A DNA stretch of 64,000 bases, taken from the NCBI GenBank assembly GCA_043817315.1, contig JBDRGY010000016.1, positions 4,863 through 68,862 on the forward strand. Reading direction: 5' to 3'. The notes beneath the pieces were generated by a model. The model was not told the DNA's origin and did no database searches. It saw only the letters and a list, made by a program, of their open reading frames with translations. This document shows, piece after piece, positions 57,838-64,000 of the stretch. The DNA is from Patescibacteria group bacterium (GTDB lineage: Bacteria > Patescibacteriota > Patescibacteriia > JBDRGY01). The position numbers were made by a program, and so were the translations under genes. How positions within the stretch are numbered: the stretch's first letter is position 1; the number at the start of each line of letters is the position of its first letter.

Positions 57838-59178
57838 TTATTCAGGGGAGTCTGTCAAGTCTAAACTTCTGGCCCATAATCCCAAAATTAACCAGAAAAA
57901 CAGCAAGCCAAATTGCAGGGTCCAATAGGTGTGGTCAAAGAATCCGGTGATCAAAAGCAAAATGACACCAATAGTATAAATGACAAACCAGAAATCTTTC
58001 TTGAGATCTAGTTTCTTGAATTTCTGGTAGACAATGCGAAATATCTCCCAGATTAACCATAAGAATATAAATAGTCCAAAAATGCTTGTCTCAGCTAAAA
58101 TTAAGATAAACAAATTATTGGGCGGTTGATAATTCCAGGCCTCCCGGCTGCCACTGATTTCTTCTTTGGCCGCTTCGGTAAAATTGTAAACACCCACTCC
58201 TTCATACCAATGTTCTTTAATCAATTGACTGGCATCTTTAATATAATAAGCTCTTTCTTCGAAAGAAACTTGTTCCAGTCGCTCTTCGGCCTGGAATCTG
58301 GTAATTACCAAATCCTGAAAGACCAGGCCAAAAACCAGGGCACCCAACAGCACTGCTCCTGTTAACCAAGTCAATTTTCGCTTGCCCCTTTTTGATAACT
58401 GCCACCAAATAAACATCCACAGGAGGACCAAGGCGACTAAGGTGGCCAACCAGGCCACTCGACCAAAAGCCAAGATTAAACCTAAGACTATCAAATAGAG
58501 AGCGGCATAAACGAATAATTCTTGGCTGCGCTTCTGGGCCATGAAGTACAGCCCCAAGACTATGATCAGGGTAATTGTCAAAAAATAGGATAAAATAATG
58601 GGATGCAAACTACCGTAAGCTCGCAGAAAACGGCCCATAATATTCTCAATAACATAAACTCCACTCTCCAGAGGAAGTTGTTCGGATAGACCCAACCATT
58701 TAAAAGGCACCACCTTCTGGGCGAAAAATTGCCACAAAGAAAAAACCACCTGTAGAGAGGCGCTTCCTACCAAAACCAAACTGGTTTTCTTGATAGAGAT
58801 GGGCAGACGCAGCACTAAGTAGAACAGAACAACCGCTTCCAGAATCTTGATAAAGCCATAGGCAGCGATTCCTTTATCAAAAGCGATTAAGATAGAAATA
58901 AAATTGATAAAAAGGAAGGCCAGGATCAGGGGCCACAATTTATTGACCATCTTGCCCAGCTGGCGGTGACGTTGACCGTTTATTAAATAGGCCAGTAACA
59001 AGATAACCAATAAAATATCTGTAGCGTAGAGACTAAAAGACCCGTACTCCCAAAACTGACCAGCGATTTTTCCTGATTTGATTATCCAACGAGTTTGCCA
59101 GGGTAATAGAAAAACAAAAATATAAAAGAGATATTCGGTTAGTCTGGATAAGTTGGTCTTGGTCTGTTTTTTGGTCAT
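57838..59178 (-). CDS. O-antigen ligase/Wzy_C family membrane protein
   Basis: RAYG..HP..L, GR.AW, GVG..NF, PPNN, FDH. Confidence 0.82.
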   Translation of the reverse strand: MTKKQTKTNLSRLTEYLFYIFVFLLPWQTRWIIKSGKIAGQFWEYGSFSLYATDILLVILLLAYLINGQRHRQLGKMVNKLWPLILAFLFINFISILIAFDKGIAAYGFIKILEAVVLFYLVLRLPISIKKTSLVLVGSASLQVVFSLWQFFAQKVVPFKWLGLSEQLPLESGVYVIENIMGRFLRAYGSLHPIILSYFLTITLIIVLGLYFMAQKRSQELFVYAALYLIVLGLILAFGRVAWLATLVALVLLWMFIWWQLSKRGKRKLTWLTGAVLLGALVFGLVFQDLVITRFQAEERLEQVSFEERAYYIKDASQLIKEHWYEGVGVYNFTEAAKEEISGSREAWNYQPPNNLFILILAETSIFGLFIFLWLIWEIFRIVYQKFKKLDLKKDFWFVIYTIGVILLLITGFFDHTYWTLQFGLLFFWLILGLWARSLDLTDSPE

Positions 59179-60137
59179 TAGCTATTAGTAATCAGTTTCT
59201 CCATTTTTTCCTGAAACATTTCTTTAAACTTGCCACGACGATCATTGTCGTGAAACTTTAATACTGAATCGTTGATAACTACCTTATTGTCCTGATTGGC
59301 TATTTGTTTCAATTCATCGGGCAAGCCTTTGAGTTGAACTTTTTTGATGATTGACTCCTGCCAGTGCCCCAAGAAGCTAAAGGCCACTATTTGGCCTGGC
59401 AGTTTGATGATCCGAGACAGCCAATTATCCTCTACCTTTCTACGCGGAGCTACGCTGGATTCCAAGAAATTGGGGAAGTGGTGGCTAGCCCAATTGTTAG
59501 CTTCAATAAACCGGTGATAAGTTTTTCCTCTGTCATAAATGGGCATCACTTGGGCGATCCAATGGGCTAGGTAGATATCAAAGGAATCGTACTGCAAGCT
59601 TTCGATATTGAGCTGATCTTCGGCGATAAAAAAGGTAAGGCAGAGTTTGTCTTGGGTGTCCGACTTAGTCGGCCTTAAGCCAAAAATCCGGGGCAGCAAG
59701 CTAGCCCAAAATCGAGCCAGCCAGATTCTGCCTTTTTGGGTAATAATAAAAAAATCGATATCTGAATAATCCCCGGCATTGGAAAAAGCCAGGGTATTGC
59801 ATACCGCCACCATTTTTATAAAAGGAATACAGCGCAGAACTTTGATAAAGCGCTTGGCTTTTTTGAACTTACGTTCAGCTACTTTGTAATTTTCTAGCCG
59901 CGAAATAACTATTCTTTCTCGATTCTTCAAATAATAGAAACCGTTTTTCTGGTCAATTAAATCATGCAAGGTTGAACTTTGGCGGAGACTGGCTTGCACC
60001 TGGCGAAAACTAACCTTGCCCTCTTTCTCCTTTTCAAAAAATAGCCACTTCCAGACTTCCAAGCTAGTTAAGGGAAAATCAAAAATATCAAAATAGCAGA
60101 TAGTGGCTAAAATTGCTTTTTCCAAATCAGATAACAT
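59178..60137 (-). CDS. Nucleotidyltransferase-fold hypothetical protein
   Basis: CNTLA..SDIDFFII motif, N-terminal YFDIFDFPLT. Confidence 0.65.
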   Translation of the reverse strand: MLSDLEKAILATICYFDIFDFPLTSLEVWKWLFFEKEKEGKVSFRQVQASLRQSSTLHDLIDQKNGFYYLKNRERIVISRLENYKVAERKFKKAKRFIKVLRCIPFIKMVAVCNTLAFSNAGDYSDIDFFIITQKGRIWLARFWASLLPRIFGLRPTKSDTQDKLCLTFFIAEDQLNIESLQYDSFDIYLAHWIAQVMPIYDRGKTYHRFIEANNWASHHFPNFLESSVAPRRKVEDNWLSRIIKLPGQIVAFSFLGHWQESIIKKVQLKGLPDELKQIANQDNKVVINDSVLKFHDNDRRGKFKEMFQEKMEKLITNS

Positions 60138-60183
60138 ATTATATTTCTATTATAGGTTAAAAAAATGATATAGTATAATCGCT

Positions 60184-60723
60184 ATGGCCTTTATTAAACA
60201 TGTTCCCAATATTCTTTCCAGTTTTCGAATATTGATAGCCTTTTTACTCTTGTATTTTATTTCCCAAGAGCAATTCTCTGCTGCCCTGGTGGCTCTGTTG
60301 ACCGGCTTTTTGACCGATTTAATGGATGGGGCTATCGCCCGTCGCTGCAACGCTGTCACTAAATTGGGAGCTAATGTCTTGGAGGTGGCTGCTGATTCTT
60401 CTCTTATTTTCCTGACTATTCTGGGCTTCATCTTTCTGGGCAAGCTACCGGCCTGGATCTTCTTGGTTTTTTGCATTGGCCTGGCGCTCTATCTTCCTAT
60501 TACCAAATTTTGGCTTAAAGAAAAAGGTAAATGGATTACCGAGTTTTATATTCAGCCGATTGCCTACGGAATCTTTATCCTGTTTGTGCCTATCTATTTG
60601 GCTACTCGGGTTTTTGGCAGAACCATCTCCATTGTCTTGGTGCTGAGCTTTTTGGCAAGCGTGGCTTGGCTTAAAAGAAAAAGGTTATTATATTTTCTGA
60701 AAGGGGCCAGGCCGCCAAAATAA
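60184..60723 (+). CDS. CDP-alcohol phosphatidyltransferase family protein
   Basis: PNILS..R, TDLMDGAIARR..T.LG..LE..AD. Confidence 0.85.
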   Translation: MAFIKHVPNILSSFRILIAFLLLYFISQEQFSAALVALLTGFLTDLMDGAIARRCNAVTKLGANVLEVAADSSLIFLTILGFIFLGKLPAWIFLVFCIGLALYLPITKFWLKEKGKWITEFYIQPIAYGIFILFVPIYLATRVFGRTISIVLVLSFLASVAWLKRKRLLYFLKGARPPK

Positions 60724-60764
60724 AAAACTCCTTGTTCCTACCACTTTTAATCAAGGAGCTTTTT

Positions 60765-63629
60765 TTATTTCTTGGTAAAAAAACGTTTTAGATACTGGCC
60801 GGTATAGCTCTTTTTTACTTTGGCAATTTCAGCCGGCGTTCCCTTAGCTACAATCTCTCCACCTTTATCTCCTCCTTCCGGGCCCAGGTCAATCACCCAA
60901 TCAGCTGATTTAATAACATCTAAATTGTGCTCGATGATCAAAACGGTATTTCCTTTATCCACCAATCGACTAAGGACATGCAATAATCTTTTAACATCGT
61001 CAAAATGAAGACCGGTAGTCGGCTCATCTAAAATATACAACGTCTTGCCGGTGGAATGCCGGGATAACTCAGTGGCCAGCTTGATTCTTTGAGCTTCGCC
61101 GCCCGATAAAGTAGTAGCTGGCTGCCCCAAGTGGACATAACCCAGGCCGACGTCATACAAAGTTTTTAATTTCGTGTGAATTGCCGGGATGTTGACAAAG
61201 AAGTGCTGAGCTTCTTCGACAGTCATGTCTAAGACGTCAGCAATGTTTTTTCCATTATAATGAATCTCTAGGGCTTGTTTGTTGTAACGCTTGCCTTTGC
61301 ATTCCTGGCATTCAACATAGACATCAGGCAAGAAATGCATTTCGATTTTAACCATACCTTCTCCTTCGCAAGCTTCGCAGCGTCCTCCTTTGACGTTAAA
61401 ACTAAAGCGCCCAGCTTTGTAGCCACGGATCTTAGCTTCAGGTACTTTGGTAAAAAGATCCCGGATATAGGTAAAGACTCCTGTATAAGTGGCTGGGTTT
61501 GATCTGGGAGTACGGCCAATCGGTGACTGGTCAATATCAATTACTTTATCAAGATTTTCCAGGCCCTCAACCTTCTTGTGCTTGCCGGGTAAATCTTTGG
61601 CGTTATAAAAATGCTGCCGTAGAGCCTTAGCTAAAATCTCTTCCATTAAAGTTGACTTGCCCGAACCAGAAACTCCTGTAATACAAACAAATTTAGCCAA
61701 AGGAATATGAACATCAATGGTCTTTAGGTTGAATTCAGCGGCTCCCCTGATAGTAATTTCTTTACCACTGCCTTGGCGATAAATCTTGGGCAGGTCAATC
61801 TGCTTTTTTCCGGATAGATATTGACCGGTAATTGATTTGGCAGATTTAGCTATCTTGGCCGGACTGCCCTGGGCCACTACTTCGCCTCCGTGTTCTCCGG
61901 CCCCCGGGCCGATATCAATAACTTCATCAGCCGCCATGATAGTATTTTCATCGTGCTCCACTACGATAACCGTATTGCCCAGCTCTTTTAATTTAGTTAA
62001 GGTGTCAATTAACTTGGCATTATCTCTTTGGTGCAGACCGATTGAGGGTTCGTCTAGAATATATATAACCCCCATCAAGGAAGAACCAATCTGGGTAGCC
62101 AGACGAATCCGTTGTGCTTCCCCGCCGGCCAAAGTAGCCGCCGCTCTGTCCAGGCTCAGATAATCTAAGCCAACATTATGTAAAAACTCTAACCTGGTCT
62201 GGATTTCTTTGAGAATTTGGTTGGCAATCTTTAGATCTCTTTTACTCAAAGCTCCTTTCTGATTCTTGTTACCGGCTAACTTTTTGAAAAATCCAATTGC
62301 TTGCTCAATAGTCAGAGCAGTGGCATCAGCTATATTGAGATCGACAACAGTAACGGCTAACATTTCCCTCTTTAATCTTTTTCCTTTACAAACCGGGCAG
62401 GGTAAAACTCGCATGTATCTCTCGATCTCGGTTCTAATATAATCAGAATCAGTTTCTTTATAGCGCCTTTCCAGATTAGGAATTACTCCCTCATAGGTAG
62501 AATGAAAATCCCCTTCAAATCGTTCACTGCCGTATTCCATCGTATACTTTTTACTGCCGGTACCGTATAAAACCATGTCTAATTGTTTTTTGGATAAATC
62601 TTTGACTGGAGATCGAGTAGAAAAATCATTTTCTTTAGCCACTGCTTCCAAAATGCGGAAATACCAGGTTTGAGTAGAGGAAGTTCTGGACCAGGGCCGG
62701 ATAGCCCCCTCAGCCAAAGACAATCTGGTGTTGGGTATTATTAATTTGGGATCTACTTCCAGCTTAGTGCCCAGGCCAGTGCAGGCCGGACAAGCTCCGT
62801 GGGGACTATTAAAGGAGAAGTTGCGCGGTTCGATCTCTGGTAGATTGATTCCGCACTTAGGACAGGAGAAGCTCTCGGAAAAAATCAGATCATTATCATT
62901 ATCCGCCTTTTGGATATAGAGTAGTCCGTCTCCCAGCTCCAAGGCAGTCTCGATTGATTCGGTCAATCTCTGTCTTAAACCATTTCCCTGCTCCATCACC
63001 AACCGGTCCACCACCACCTCCAGGCTGTGCTTTTTATTCTTGTCTAAAGACAACTCTTCGGCCTCTTCAATACTATATACATTTCCATTGATCCTGACGC
63101 GGGCGTAACCGGCCTTTTTGATTTCCTCTATGACGTGTTTGTGCTCACCCTTTTTGTCTCTGATTACCGGAGCTAATAGTAGTATCTTGGTTTTAGCCGG
63201 TATCTCCATCACCTGACTGGTGATTTGGTCAATAGTTTGTTTGGCTACTTCTTGGCCGCACTGGGGACAATGGGGAATGCCGATCCGGGCATACAATAAC
63301 CTCAAATAATCGTAAATCTCCGTTACAGTACCCACGGTAGAACGAGGGTTTCTGGTGGTTGATTTTTGATCAATAGAAATAGCCGGTGATAAACCGTCTA
63401 TCCTCTCCACATCTGGTTTGTCCATCAAACCCAAAAACTGCCGAGCGTAAGAAGATAAGCTTTCTACATATCTTCTCTGTCCTTCGGCATACAGTGTATC
63501 AAAAGCCAATGAAGATTTACCTGAGCCGGATAAGCCAGTAATTACTACTAATTTATCGCGAGGAATATCGACATTGATATTCTGCAAATTATGGACTTTG
63601 GCCCCTCTGATTTCTATCTTGTTATGCAT
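60765..63629 (-). CDS. uvrA: Excinuclease ABC subunit A
   Basis: [19 protein letters not shown], two ABC cassettes and Zn fingers. Confidence 0.98.
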   Translation of the reverse strand: MHNKIEIRGAKVHNLQNINVDIPRDKLVVITGLSGSGKSSLAFDTLYAEGQRRYVESLSSYARQFLGLMDKPDVERIDGLSPAISIDQKSTTRNPRSTVGTVTEIYDYLRLLYARIGIPHCPQCGQEVAKQTIDQITSQVMEIPAKTKILLLAPVIRDKKGEHKHVIEEIKKAGYARVRINGNVYSIEEAEELSLDKNKKHSLEVVVDRLVMEQGNGLRQRLTESIETALELGDGLLYIQKADNDNDLIFSESFSCPKCGINLPEIEPRNFSFNSPHGACPACTGLGTKLEVDPKLIIPNTRLSLAEGAIRPWSRTSSTQTWYFRILEAVAKENDFSTRSPVKDLSKKQLDMVLYGTGSKKYTMEYGSERFEGDFHSTYEGVIPNLERRYKETDSDYIRTEIERYMRVLPCPVCKGKRLKREMLAVTVVDLNIADATALTIEQAIGFFKKLAGNKNQKGALSKRDLKIANQILKEIQTRLEFLHNVGLDYLSLDRAAATLAGGEAQRIRLATQIGSSLMGVIYILDEPSIGLHQRDNAKLIDTLTKLKELGNTVIVVEHDENTIMAADEVIDIGPGAGEHGGEVVAQGSPAKIAKSAKSITGQYLSGKKQIDLPKIYRQGSGKEITIRGAAEFNLKTIDVHIPLAKFVCITGVSGSGKSTLMEEILAKALRQHFYNAKDLPGKHKKVEGLENLDKVIDIDQSPIGRTPRSNPATYTGVFTYIRDLFTKVPEAKIRGYKAGRFSFNVKGGRCEACEGEGMVKIEMHFLPDVYVECQECKGKRYNKQALEIHYNGKNIADVLDMTVEEAQHFFVNIPAIHTKLKTLYDVGLGYVHLGQPATTLSGGEAQRIKLATELSRHSTGKTLYILDEPTTGLHFDDVKRLLHVLSRLVDKGNTVLIIEHNLDVIKSADWVIDLGPEGGDKGGEIVAKGTPAEIAKVKKSYTGQYLKRFFTKK

Positions 63630-63786
63630 AGCGGAATTAACTGAATAAAAAGAGTATGAGCATTATACACCCCCTGTCAAGATTTGGCAAGTCCTGCCCC
63701 CTGCGACACAGATAAGGGGCAAAAAAAATAAGGCCCCACCTCGTCAGTGCTTTCGCAAAGACGAGGGGGACCCGACCTGTGTTGGT

Positions 63787-63999
63787 CTAGTTGTTGTCAC
63801 CGCCCTGGGCAGCCTTGGTCTGCTGGTAGCGCAGAGTGCGGCAGCGCTTCAGGCCCCAGGTGTAGAGACGACAGCGCTCACCGTTACCGCGACCGGCCGT
63901 GCACTTGCCAGCTAGACAGTCCTCGCACTTGGACTCCTCGAAGTAGGTGGGATCCAGGCACTTGGCGACCGTATCGGCGATGCGCTCCAGAGGGATCTG
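63787..63999 (-). CDS. C-terminal part of a GC-rich, Cys-rich hypothetical protein running off the window
   Basis: Open frame QIPLERIADTVAKCLDPTYFEESKCEDCLAGKC..GGDNN*, followed by a hairpin and T-tract. Confidence 0.6.
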   Translation of the reverse strand, partial: QIPLERIADTVAKCLDPTYFEESKCEDCLAGKCTAGRGNGERCRLYTWGLKRCRTLRYQQTKAAQGGDNN

Positions 64000-64000
64000 G

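Overview
AT-rich chromosomal segment whose gene content and style suggest a Patescibacteria/CPR-type bacterium (inference). It carries core genes (rel/spoT, parAB, rpoD-dnaG, ppsA, groES-groEL with a perfect CIRCE, uvrA, ispG, MTAP-apt), a CsoR-controlled copper/thiol-redox cluster, surface proteins and an accessory run of small enzymes. Interspersed are visibly GC-richer genes with canonical promoters, BoxA-like motifs and strong SD sequences, including an ARC-like proteasomal ATPase divergent from a coiled-coil/SBP-OmpA/ABC operon. The most unusual signals concern tRNA genes. (1) A divergent tRNA-Asn lies behind what looks like a complete classical attenuator: a leaderless peptide MKIVIVQLNNNNNQF with alternative antiterminator and terminator hairpins. 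(2) Four intact tRNAs lack CCA and sit inside 13-15 bp inverted repeats that extend the acceptor stem. (3) Three of these four are nested in or beside older, broken copies of the same tRNA, two of which are riddled with GC-rich mini-palindromes. All calls are by eye; no database searches were run.
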